IMG/VR virus record: IMGVR_UViG_2534681674_000022
Location: 1 to 20,098 of that record
Source of the DNA: a virus
Taxonomy: Duplodnaviria > Heunggongvirae > Uroviricota > Caudoviricetes
Strand: one strand, 5' to 3'
DNA length: 20,098 nucleotides
The position numbers and the translations under genes were made by a program. The notes beneath the pieces were generated by a model that saw nothing but the letters and a program-made list of their open reading frames with translations, was not told the DNA's origin and ran no database searches. This document shows positions 8,907 through 17,517 of the stretch, piece after piece (within the stretch, counting starts at the first letter, position 1; each line of letters begins with the position of its first letter).

Positions 8907-8932
8907 AGCCGGGTTACTCCCGGCTTTTTTTC
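8907..8932 (+). terminator. Intrinsic terminator on the plus strand
   Basis: AGCCGGG-ttact-CCCGGCT followed by TTTTTTT. Confidence 0.55.
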
Positions 8933-9215
8933 ACCGCTGCCAACCAATAACCTGAAATAACCCCATTTTCGGGTGATACCAGCGAGTCCCTCGCGGTTCT
9001 GCTTCCTCCATAACCCGATAAAAAGCAGCCATAAACGGTTCCACAGCAACAATTGCGCGACGTGACAACAATCCGTCCGGCGTCATGAACTCATGGGTGT
9101 CTGTAGGAATTTGATAGGCGTTCACCAGATTGCGGCATTTATCATCTGACAAACCGGTTTTTGCTTTCAGTTAGCGTCATTGAAACAGTTTCTCATGGTC
9201 ATTGATGGAGAAGGT

Positions 9216-9617
9216 ATGAAGGATAGGATCGTCGAAATACTACAATACACCCTGAAAAAAGATTCTGGATCTGACTTTCATCAGATCATGCATGAAGTCA
9301 GTGTTCCACTTCATACCCGGAACGGTATCGATGTGGTTGCGTACGGAAACTCTCTGCAGGATGCTGACAGCTACTACCTCATACGGGCTTTTGAAAGTGA
9401 AGAACAGATGAAAAGCGTTCTTGATGATTTCTATGCGAGTGCGGGTTGGCGCAGTGGCCCACGAGAAGCAATCATCAGTCGAATTGAAGTAAGCCTTAAG
9501 TCAGTATTGACGCTTCCGCAAAATGCTGTGAATGAGTTGAGGAAAAAAAATGACAAGAACAGAAATAGTAAAGGCAGTGAACCGCCCCGGTTTTCCTGGA
9601 GAGTGTTTTATCTGTGA
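9216..9617 (+). CDS. Hypothetical small protein with its 3' end replaced by IS629 sequence
   Basis: ATG at 9216 preceded by GGAGAAGG. From 9578 the reading frame continues into the IS end (last 13 codons are IS-derived). Confidence 0.4.
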   Translation: MKDRIVEILQYTLKKDSGSDFHQIMHEVSVPLHTRNGIDVVAYGNSLQDADSYYLIRAFESEEQMKSVLDDFYASAGWRSGPREAIISRIEVSLKSVLTLPQNAVNELRKKNDKNRNSKGSEPPRFSWRVFYL

Positions 9618-9619
9618 AC

Positions 9620-10507
9620 TCAGGCTGCCAGATCATCGTTTCTGATGGAAGCATAATAAGCTTTTTCTGCTTCTGCCGGAGGGATATGACCCAGCCTTCC
9701 CAGCAATCGTCGATTGTTATACCAGTCCACCCACGTGAGTGTGGCCAGTTCCACTTCTGCACGGTTTTTCCAGCTCTTACGGTGTATTACCTCCGCTTTG
9801 TAAAGACCATTGATGCTCTCCGCCATCGCGTTGTCATACGAGTCACCTGTACTCCCTGTTGATGCCAGCAGTTTTGCTTCTTTTAGTCGCTCCGTATAGG
9901 CCAGTGATACATACTGAGAACCTTTATCACTGTGATGGACTGTGCCGGACGGCCGACGGGCCCACAACGCCTGCTCCAGTGCATCCAGCACGAATGTCGT
10001 TTCCATAGACGATGAGACTCGCCACCCCACGATACATCCGGCAAACACATCAATGATGAACGCCACATAGACGAAGCCCTGCCATGTGCTGACGTAAGTA
10101 AAATCAGCCACCCACAGCTGGTCAGGACGTTCTGCCACGAACTGACGGTTTACGCGGTCGCCTGCGGAAACGGCTTTCCGGCTGACGGTAGTACGGACCT
10201 TTTTACCCCGGAGAACACCGGCAAGTCCCATAACCGCCATGAGGCGCGCCACTGTACATCTGGCCACCCTGATACCTTCGCGTAACAACTGGCGCCAGAC
10301 TTTACGCACACCGTACACCTGATGATTTTCATCGTATACGCGCTGTATCTCTCTCTTCAGCCAGTCATCGCGCTGAGCACGGGCACTGCGTTTATCAGGA
10401 TGATGTCGCTGTTGCTGACAGTGGTAATACGTTGACGGGGCAATATGCAGTTCACTGCATACCGGTCCGACCCCGTACTGCTCACGCAGCTTATCCAGCA
10501 GCGGCAT
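9620..10507 (-). CDS. IS629 OrfB, 295 aa, intact
   Basis: Full-length DDE transposase ORF in the -1 frame relative to OrfA. Confidence 0.9.
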   Translation of the reverse strand: MPLLDKLREQYGVGPVCSELHIAPSTYYHCQQQRHHPDKRSARAQRDDWLKREIQRVYDENHQVYGVRKVWRQLLREGIRVARCTVARLMAVMGLAGVLRGKKVRTTVSRKAVSAGDRVNRQFVAERPDQLWVADFTYVSTWQGFVYVAFIIDVFAGCIVGWRVSSSMETTFVLDALEQALWARRPSGTVHHSDKGSQYVSLAYTERLKEAKLLASTGSTGDSYDNAMAESINGLYKAEVIHRKSWKNRAEVELATLTWVDWYNNRRLLGRLGHIPPAEAEKAYYASIRNDDLAA

Positions 10508-10833
10508 TATTTTTTCCAGAGGCGGTCGAACTCCGCCTTCGCAAAATAAGCGGAAGCCTGGCGAAGGATATCGTTACTGCGGCGCAGTTCACGATTTTCA
10601 CGTTCCAGCTCTTTCAGACGCTGACGTTCAGCGGTGGTGAGTCCACCATCACCACTCCCGGTATCCCGCTCATGCTGACGAACCCACACACGCAGAGTCT
10701 CTGGTGTACAGCCAATCTTTGGGGCAATGGAACAAATTGCCGCCCATTGTGAGTCATATTCGCCCTGACTTTCCAGAACCATACGAACTGCCCGTTGACG
10801 GACCTCGGGGGAAAAACGTGTATTTTTAGTCAT
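10507..10833 (-). CDS. IS629 OrfA, 108 aa, intact
   Basis: Identical translation to OrfA of copy 2. Confidence 0.9.
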   Translation of the reverse strand: MTKNTRFSPEVRQRAVRMVLESQGEYDSQWAAICSIAPKIGCTPETLRVWVRQHERDTGSGDGGLTTAERQRLKELERENRELRRSNDILRQASAYFAKAEFDRLWKK

Positions 10834-11043
10834 CCTGTTTACCTCTTTCTCAGGGAGTTTAGTCTCCAGGATTCCCGGGGCGGTTCAGTTGTCAATCTGT
10901 TTGGCAGAAGGTGAGGGAGTTCCTGGTTACTGTACGAATTGCGTACAATTGATGGGTATTGTTGATGCACCTAGTTCTTGTATTGTTTACTATAATTATT
11001 GAGGTAAATTTTCGTGCCTGTATTACTCAGAGGGGATTCAAAA

Positions 11044-11640
11044 ATGGCTGTAATTCCAATGTCTTACTCCCCTGCTACTGTAGCTCGTCGTTTTTCGATA
11101 CTGGATGGAGTAACTATTCAGGGCGTGCTTTACCAGATCATCTGGGATCCAAAGACTCCGTTCGCTGCGGTAATCGAAGCTGCACCTTCTGTTATTGATG
11201 GTGATATTCGCCATAAAGTTGTTGCCACTCTGGAGCTTCAGCGTCGCTCACAGCTTGAAGGGGTGTTTGTCCGGAAATTCTGGGAAGAGCAGGACGTCGC
11301 TCAGATTGAAGGGATTGTTGTTGATGGGGCTGTACGTGATGTTGGCCTTGCGACGTTTGTATATGAAACGGTAGCCACAAAAGCGGGCGTTATACTATTA
11401 AGTGATAACGAGCAATATGAAGGAGGTAAAGCCCTCTGGCAGCATATAGCGCGTCGTTCAACGAATCTGAAAGTGTTTATTTTAGATACTGATTCCGCAC
11501 GGTATTATCCGTTTGATGGCGATCGGATCTGCTATGACGGGGAAAGTATTCCTGAATCAGAAATCTGGAGTGAACATCCTGATCGAAATAAACACGGTGT
11601 TGTTCTTGTGGCCGAATCTGTTAATGGAAAAGCCGCATAA
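11044..11640 (+). CDS. Hypothetical protein, 198 aa, unknown function
   Basis: ATG at 11044 with AGGGGA ribosome-binding site 7 nt upstream; a perfect TATAAT at 10991-10996. No recognisable motif; RDVGLA could be a GNAT-like motif A but this is weak. Confidence 0.45.
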   Translation: MAVIPMSYSPATVARRFSILDGVTIQGVLYQIIWDPKTPFAAVIEAAPSVIDGDIRHKVVATLELQRRSQLEGVFVRKFWEEQDVAQIEGIVVDGAVRDVGLATFVYETVATKAGVILLSDNEQYEGGKALWQHIARRSTNLKVFILDTDSARYYPFDGDRICYDGESIPESEIWSEHPDRNKHGVVLVAESVNGKAA

Positions 11641-11700
11641 TTTGCCAGCCGCATCGTATTCTTGGAACTCTGACAGACCTGAGAGTTGGCAGAATAAACG

Positions 11701-11724
11701 GGGGATAACAGCTCGGTTATCCCC
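11701..11724 (-). terminator. Hairpin between convergent genes, likely terminator for the 568-aa gene
   Basis: GGGGATAAC-agctcg-GTTATCCCC (9-bp perfect stem) directly after the stop at 11733; followed on the minus strand by GTTTATTCT. Confidence 0.5.
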
Positions 11725-11732
11725 TCAGAACT

Positions 11733-13439
11733 CTACTGCTCGATCACGCATTTGCTCCATAAAGGTTGGATCGCATGTCGATCTTTGCTGTAGGGGAATC
11801 TTTTATTTTTTTTCTTCTGTTCCATCAGTAATGTGTCGATTTCGTCGTTGACAATGCGCGTCACAGCGTGACGATAACGGTTTAGCGATGTATCACTGAT
11901 ATCCTGAGGCAGGCATAAACTGGTATCGGTTTTGATGCGTTCATTTATGCCATCTTTAACTTTCCATTTCAGACCATCAGGAACCCCTTCCTGCAAATCA
12001 TAGGCTTTCAGTCCCGCAAGTCGTACAACAACGTCAATCTTCTCTGTTCGTATTGTTTTATTACTTACCAACAAAACTTTATTAGTTTCATACCATTTTT
12101 CAAATGATTCCAGCCGTTTTACTGCATTTATGATGTTATTCCTAATTCCAGAAAATTCAATAGAATCTGTGTATTTCATTTTCTTTTCTTCAGCATTAGG
12201 GGCTATTCCAGGATAGTCAATATCATTCTTTACAGACTCCAGATATGCATATTGCAGGCAGCCTGAAAGATGAATTGCTGCATCCTGCAGAGTATTAGTG
12301 CGAATCAATCTAAGGAGTTCATCTCGTTGTATGGTTATCTGACAATAATCCCTTTCCCATGCGGTCGTATTCTCGGTTTTTTCATCTTTATCCGGAGTAA
12401 CTGTTGCGAATTTCCATGTGTACTGGATGAAATCTGTTGGTTTAAAATATGCCATGCTTGTTTTTACCCAACCGCAGATTTCAGCTGCATAAATATGGAC
12501 ATAAATATTGTACATTGTCTTTATTTCATGCTGACTGGCGACTGAGAACATATTTTTTACGAATTCTGTACATCCGATTATCGATAGTCGTTCTCTCAGT
12601 CTGTGCACATCTTCAGTATCTGACTTCCTGCAGTCCCAGGGCCATTTGTTCTTATTCTCAAAACAGGAAAGCCATTCTGGAATATTTTGCTTATACTGGT
12701 AGAATTCGTTGACCGCCAGACCAATGGTTATGGCAAGTATTGTTGATTCATCTATTTCATGATACTGCTTCAGGTGTGCCAGCAACTCTGAGGTGCAGGA
12801 GTGCGCAACAGACAGATCCTGATGGCAATACCCCTGCCGGGCTTCTGCTGGAATTGGTGAACTCCAGGCTTTACATTCAGTCAGAATATTAAATAAATCA
12901 TCTCCTACAAACTTTGCCAGTTCAGGTGTTTTCCAGGTTCTTGGTCCCAGGCTGAAAAAGTCTGGTGTTGTCTGTACCTCTTGCATCGCTCCCCAGCTTT
13001 TCAGGCTGATATTTCCTTCATCAAAGCCATTGTATAAATGGCACATAACATTAAGCGCATTAGTAAGAGCAGTGGGTTGAGACGATGTAGATGCGCCAAG
13101 AGCAAAATTTTCTTTTCTTTGTTTGTTAAAAATTTTCTGGAGCTCTGTATTATCACGCAATGCCAAGAGAACTTTGTGCTGTTCTTCAAACCAGGGGCGA
13201 TATTCTGGATCCTGATATAGCTGACGTGCCTTAAAAATGAGCAAAAGGAGTTGTTCGGAAACAGCCTCATATATGCCAGGGAATGGGCGGGATTCTCCGG
13301 ATAAAATACGATAGTACTGATTTTGTTGCATAGTCTGATTTACCATTATGTAAGAAGGTTTCCTTTTGCCGCATACCGGATACTGGCAGTTAAAATCGAT
13401 GTTATCTCCTGAAAGGATACGTTGATACTGAGTCTGCAT
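11733..13439 (-). CDS. Large orphan protein, 568 aa, unknown function, low-GC gene
   Basis: Long uninterrupted ORF in an AT-rich island. N-terminal tandem peptide repeat QYQRILSGD / QYYRILSGE. No family recognised by eye; start codon uncertain (no clear ribosome-binding site at the first ATG). Confidence 0.6.
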   Translation of the reverse strand: MQTQYQRILSGDNIDFNCQYPVCGKRKPSYIMVNQTMQQNQYYRILSGESRPFPGIYEAVSEQLLLLIFKARQLYQDPEYRPWFEEQHKVLLALRDNTELQKIFNKQRKENFALGASTSSQPTALTNALNVMCHLYNGFDEGNISLKSWGAMQEVQTTPDFFSLGPRTWKTPELAKFVGDDLFNILTECKAWSSPIPAEARQGYCHQDLSVAHSCTSELLAHLKQYHEIDESTILAITIGLAVNEFYQYKQNIPEWLSCFENKNKWPWDCRKSDTEDVHRLRERLSIIGCTEFVKNMFSVASQHEIKTMYNIYVHIYAAEICGWVKTSMAYFKPTDFIQYTWKFATVTPDKDEKTENTTAWERDYCQITIQRDELLRLIRTNTLQDAAIHLSGCLQYAYLESVKNDIDYPGIAPNAEEKKMKYTDSIEFSGIRNNIINAVKRLESFEKWYETNKVLLVSNKTIRTEKIDVVVRLAGLKAYDLQEGVPDGLKWKVKDGINERIKTDTSLCLPQDISDTSLNRYRHAVTRIVNDEIDTLLMEQKKKNKRFPYSKDRHAIQPLWSKCVIEQ

Positions 13440-13680
13440 CTACTAATAAAACGGATGCCTGCCGTGTTTTCGGGGTGATACAGGGTATACCTGAGAATGC
13501 ATCTATTATTACGATAATTTTCCTCCAGCGTGTTGTAACAATTATAACACCCGTCAGATCTCCTTCTTATTCCTCCTCCTGAATATTCCGATCTGTTGAA
13601 GCTGTTGTTGTCATTTCAATGACAGGTAAAATGCCTGGCTCTCTTTCCCTCCTATTGTGAATAGTAAAAACTAATTTATT

Positions 13681-13700
13681 TTTGTGATCTTGGTCACAAA
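13681..13700. promoter_or_regulatory. Palindromic operator candidate in a divergent promoter region
   Basis: TTTGTGA-tcttgg-TCACAAA (7-bp perfect inverted arms) in the 635-bp AT-rich region between the 568-aa gene and alpA. Confidence 0.3.
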
Positions 13701-14075
13701 TTTAACCCCCTCCTTCTCTTCTTTACTATCACTGTCAGAAGTTTATCTGAGCATAACATGAAGTCGATACTAGATTCATTTTGTGTCATTGTCAACAGTG
13801 AAAACCACTTCTTGGCTTAAAATCATTGTTTGTAATGTGCATTATTGGTTGTTTTGTTGCTAATCAACACATATTGACCTATGAGTTGGCTTGTGAGTCA
13901 AGTATTGTTTTATTTGTCTTAACTTGACTTGATTTGTTTTCGTATGTACCTTGCTGTCCATGGGTGTTCTGTGAGCAATATGACAACGGAATCTCCACTA
14001 TGGATTGTCCAGGAAATTCAGTCATTTCATGCTCACAACTGAGATAAGAATCATTGATATATCAGGAGGGCCGTC

Positions 14076-14303
14076 ATGTGGGTTCCATTAACAGATGAGC
14101 AACGTTCAGTAATTTTGAAAGCCTATGGGACTGAGGGTGACAGACTGGTACGTGAAAAGGAACGAAAAGAGATCACCTCAATTTCCCGTTCACAAGCCTG
14201 GAAACTTGAACGAGAGGGAAACTACCCACCGCGTAAGACTATCGGAAAGAAATCTTGTGGCTGGTTACTAAGTGACCTTCTCTGGTGGATTCAGACCAGA
14301 TGA
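14076..14303 (+). CDS. alpA: AlpA-family phage/integrative-element transcriptional regulator, 75 aa
   Basis: AGGAGG ribosome-binding site 6 nt upstream. C-terminal motif ITSISRSQAWKLEREGNYPPRKTIGKKSCGWLLSDLLWWI matches the AlpA helix-turn-helix signature. Confidence 0.7.
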   Translation: MWVPLTDEQRSVILKAYGTEGDRLVREKERKEITSISRSQAWKLEREGNYPPRKTIGKKSCGWLLSDLLWWIQTR

Positions 14304-14398
14304 ACTGTTTGTATTTTCAGTCTGAATAGCAGCTATTTTCGCTATTGTAGCGGAAATTGCTGCAACTTTACTAACCCATTAATGAAAATGGAGGCTTT

Positions 14399-15847
14399 AT
14401 GTGCTTACTAGCACCAGAAAATCCTTATCCGATATATGCACTACCACCGCTGGTGAGAAATGCAATAATTGAAACTCAACAAAATACACAGGCTCCTTTG
14501 GCTATGGTGGCGACATCCGCATTAACAGCGATGTCAATTGCCTGTCAGAATCAGATTGACGTGTGCAGACCTGGAAATTTACGTGGGCCCGTTAATATTT
14601 ACTCTCTGATTCTGGCTGATTCCGGTGAAAGGAAAACGACCGTGGATAAAGTGTTTATGAAAGCATTTTATCTCAGGGATGAAGCCCTGGCGGAAGAATA
14701 CGCGAAACTGGTTGAGAATTACAGTACAGAAAAGGAAATATGGGAGCAAAAACAAAAAGCGCTGGAATCAAAATTTCATAAAGAGATTCGTGCCGGTAAA
14801 GATTACAAGGCAACAGAATCAGAGCTTGAAACGCATCTGAATAACTCTCCTGTTCCGCCGCAGATACGTCGAACAATTTTTAATGATACAACGATAGAGG
14901 GAATGTTAAAATATTACTCCGATAGCAATCGTTCTTTTGCTCTTGTATCCAGTGAAGGGGGAGTAATTTTTGACAGCCGGGCCATGAGTAAACTGGGAAT
15001 TATTAACACTTTGTGGGATGGAGGTTCTCTTTTCATCGACAGGAAATCATCTCCCGGAATTAATTTGAAGGAGCCAAGACTGACGATGTCGGCGATGATT
15101 CAGCCTGATGTTTACCACAAAGGTTTTTGTACGCGAAAAAAAGAACTTGTGAAAACGTCAGGACATCATGCAAGGTTTTTGATGTGTCAACCAACATCAA
15201 TGCAGGGGACAAGGATAATAACCGGAGATAATTATTCATCACAGTATCAGGAGTTATTTGATAAGAGGATCAATGAACTTATTGATGAAAGTCTGGCGAT
15301 GAGTGGTGAACGACGTTGCCTTCACTTTTCTCCTCAGGCTGCCAGAATCTGGACGGATTATTACAATGATGTGGAATCGAAACTGGGGGGATTGGGGCCT
15401 TTAAGACATTGTCGGGAATATGCTGCCAAAAATGCAGAGTATATGGCAAGACTGGCAGGACTTATTTACCATTCGAGCGGTGAAGAGGGGGAGATTTCCC
15501 CTTACACTGCAGAAATGGCGAGAGAATTAGCAATATGGTACGGTAATGAGTATATGCGGTTGTCTAATCCGTTAACTTTTGACAACACTGCTCTGACCGT
15601 ACCTGTGCGACTCATTCCAGAGGAGCTTGAACTTTTCAACTGGATAAAAAGCTATTGCATTGAGAAGGGGATCCTCTGTATGAAAAAAATGACATTTTAT
15701 AGCGTGGTCCGAACCGTTTCCGGAAAAAGGATAAAATCAACTGGTTACTGGATTTACTGTATGAACAAAACAGAGTTGTACCGGTTATTGAGGGAAAAAC
15801 GTTGTGTGTCGCACCTAACTTTGACCTCTGAACGACTTAATCGTTGA
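14399..15847 (+). CDS. YfjI-like protein (DUF3987 family) typical of CP4-57-like elements, 482 aa
   Basis: GGAGG ribosome-binding site. Position immediately after alpA and size match CP4-57 yfjI. Family assignment is from memory, not from a search. Confidence 0.4.
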   Translation: MCLLAPENPYPIYALPPLVRNAIIETQQNTQAPLAMVATSALTAMSIACQNQIDVCRPGNLRGPVNIYSLILADSGERKTTVDKVFMKAFYLRDEALAEEYAKLVENYSTEKEIWEQKQKALESKFHKEIRAGKDYKATESELETHLNNSPVPPQIRRTIFNDTTIEGMLKYYSDSNRSFALVSSEGGVIFDSRAMSKLGIINTLWDGGSLFIDRKSSPGINLKEPRLTMSAMIQPDVYHKGFCTRKKELVKTSGHHARFLMCQPTSMQGTRIITGDNYSSQYQELFDKRINELIDESLAMSGERRCLHFSPQAARIWTDYYNDVESKLGGLGPLRHCREYAAKNAEYMARLAGLIYHSSGEEGEISPYTAEMARELAIWYGNEYMRLSNPLTFDNTALTVPVRLIPEELELFNWIKSYCIEKGILCMKKMTFYSVVRTVSGKRIKSTGYWIYCMNKTELYRLLREKRCVSHLTLTSERLNR

Positions 15848-15858
15848 GTAACATATAG

Positions 15859-15883
15859 TCTCCTCCGTTACTTGCGGAGGAGA
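15859..15883 (+). other. Stable hairpin directly after the DUF3987 gene stop
   Basis: TCTCCTCCG-ttacttg-CGGAGGAGA (9-bp perfect stem), not followed by a clean T-tract. Confidence 0.35.
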
Positions 15884-16079
15884 TTAATGCCATGACCATG
15901 TCAGTGTTGTATTACAGAACTTTGGTACAGGTCAGTCAGTAAATATAACTGGTGTAACTACTATTTACTATTGGATAGAGTGTTGTACAGGATATTGCTG
16001 GCTTTGGCCTTAGATAAGGAGGGCACTTCATTGTTTTCGTATTCAATAAATAATTAAGGTTAATTAGTATTATTAGTGG

Positions 16080-16400
16080 AAGTTATGTTATCTGTTATGT
16101 TGTCTCTTTTTATCGTAATGTCACTCCTCTTTATGCTGAGTATTCTGTATGTGCGTAATGCGTCTATCCCCATATACTACAGTGTGGTGGTGTATGGAGT
16201 TTAGTTATGTGTAAATTATGTTACTACACTCATAGCGTAATATTGAGAAAGTTAATCCACTGAATGTATGTCTGGTTTGTATTTAACACTAGTTACGTAC
16301 CAGAACACTATTAGAGTATATTGTCTTTAGTTCGTATGTTATATCTCCGTTACAGTTTATAAGTATGGGTAAATATAATATTTTCTGTATGAAATAATCT
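16080..16400. repeat. AT-rich non-coding region with iteron-like GTATG/TTATG reiterations (candidate replication origin)
   Basis: At least 6 GTATG and 4 TTATG occurrences in about 320 bp (for example GTTATGTTATCTGTTATGTT at 16083). About 950 bp with no convincing ORF, upstream of the HUH Rep gene. Confidence 0.4.
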
Positions 16401-16641
16401 TCTTATTGTGAGGTTAAATATCTGTAGGCTCTCTCTGCAGAGTCTCTGTTTTTACTTAATGGTTCGGCAATATTAATAGCGATGTTGCCTGTGGCTATTC
16501 GATAGCTGACTTTTGTGAAGATCAGATTACTTCCTGTAAGTGATTGAATGGTACTTCCTTAAACTTAATTCTATGAGGTGTGTTTTTGCCATTGTAATTC
16601 TTACTGGTCCTCTGTTTAAGAGAGCCTCACTGTATTCTGAA

Positions 16642-16669
16642 GTATTACCTCATTGTAATGAGGTAATAC
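16642..16669. promoter_or_regulatory. Perfect 12-bp inverted repeat with 4-bp spacer (operator or origin hairpin candidate)
   Basis: GTATTACCTCAT-tgta-ATGAGGTAATAC, about 130 bp upstream of the Rep ATG. Confidence 0.45.
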
Positions 16670-16799
16670 CAAACAGTTTTATCAGGTTGTCTGTGCTGCT
16701 GGTTACCTCGTTTATTAATGCCGCGGTACGGCGTTTCTGTACTCTCAGTATTTATGTAATTCCACTTTCCTGTCAGTTTTATAAAGTAAGGACTATAAA

Positions 16800-17363
16800 A
16801 TGTATAATGCTAATCCCAATTACGAAATGGACTTCATGATTCTGAAAGACGTGAATGAACACATGGAAGGTCTGTTTCAACGTTTTTCTAAACTGTTACC
16901 TTTCAGAATTGATTTTGCCTACAGGAAAGACACGCCCAGTTTTGGTCATTCCTGTAGGCACAGTATGTGTATTGAAATGCACCGCTTACTTAGTGAAACC
17001 CAAACGATGCTGGCGGGATATTACTGGGTAATGGAATATACGTCAAACAAGGGACTTCATATTCATTTTATCGGCTACCTGGATGGGCAACGTCACAACA
17101 AATCTTATCGGATATCCAGGCAACTGGGAGATATCTGGAGGCGGATCACGGAAGGGGAGGGTTATTTTCACCTGTGCAGGGCTAAAGACAAATACCCGGT
17201 GCGTATCGATCACGTAATTCACTATAGTGATAAATCTGCGGTAGACGACTTACGTTACGCCCTTAGCTATCTGGCCAAACAGGATCAGAAAGAACACGGT
17301 ATTATTCTGAGGCGTAGCAGGCTTCCCGAAAAAAGCAACCGGGGCCGACCACGACATAACTGA
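16800..17363 (+). CDS. HUH-type replication initiator (inovirus Gp2 / YfjJ-like family), 187 aa
   Basis: AAGGA ribosome-binding site 7 nt upstream. HUH motif in GLHIHFIGY and a downstream Tyr-rich motif YALSYLAK. Confidence 0.5.
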   Translation: MYNANPNYEMDFMILKDVNEHMEGLFQRFSKLLPFRIDFAYRKDTPSFGHSCRHSMCIEMHRLLSETQTMLAGYYWVMEYTSNKGLHIHFIGYLDGQRHNKSYRISRQLGDIWRRITEGEGYFHLCRAKDKYPVRIDHVIHYSDKSAVDDLRYALSYLAKQDQKEHGIILRRSRLPEKSNRGRPRHN

Positions 17364-17517
17364 ATTACAGCTGTATTAGGTATTAGAATTAAGTTTCTGT
17401 AAGTTGTTGGGAGGTGCTTGAGTTAATAGGCAGAAGAGGGCGGGGCGCTTTGTCATCAGTGTAGGGGACCCGAATTTCTGCCGTGGTGCCTCAGTGGATC
17501 AGATACAGGTAACGAAT

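Larger units (their letters stand above)
9578..10887 (-). mobile_element. IS629-like element, copy 3, complete, 1310 bp, inverted relative to copies 1, 2 and 4
   Basis: Reverse complement has the same terminal sequences. Flanking triplets are CAG (9575-9577) and GTT (10888-10890), so there is no target-site duplication. Confidence 0.9.

Noticed and set aside
8931-9152. 73-aa minus-strand ORF with TTG start
   Set aside because: Non-ATG start, no ribosome-binding site, and its 3' end overlaps a plus-strand terminator; not supportable.
12270-13270. Several 60-91-aa ORFs in alternative frames or antisense within the 568-aa gene
   Set aside because: Nested in a long continuous ORF; AT-rich sequence generates short spurious ORFs.
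16540-16839. 99-aa ORF in the AT-rich region upstream of the Rep gene
   Set aside because: Lies in the iteron/palindrome-rich non-coding region and overlaps the Rep start; AT-rich random ORF.
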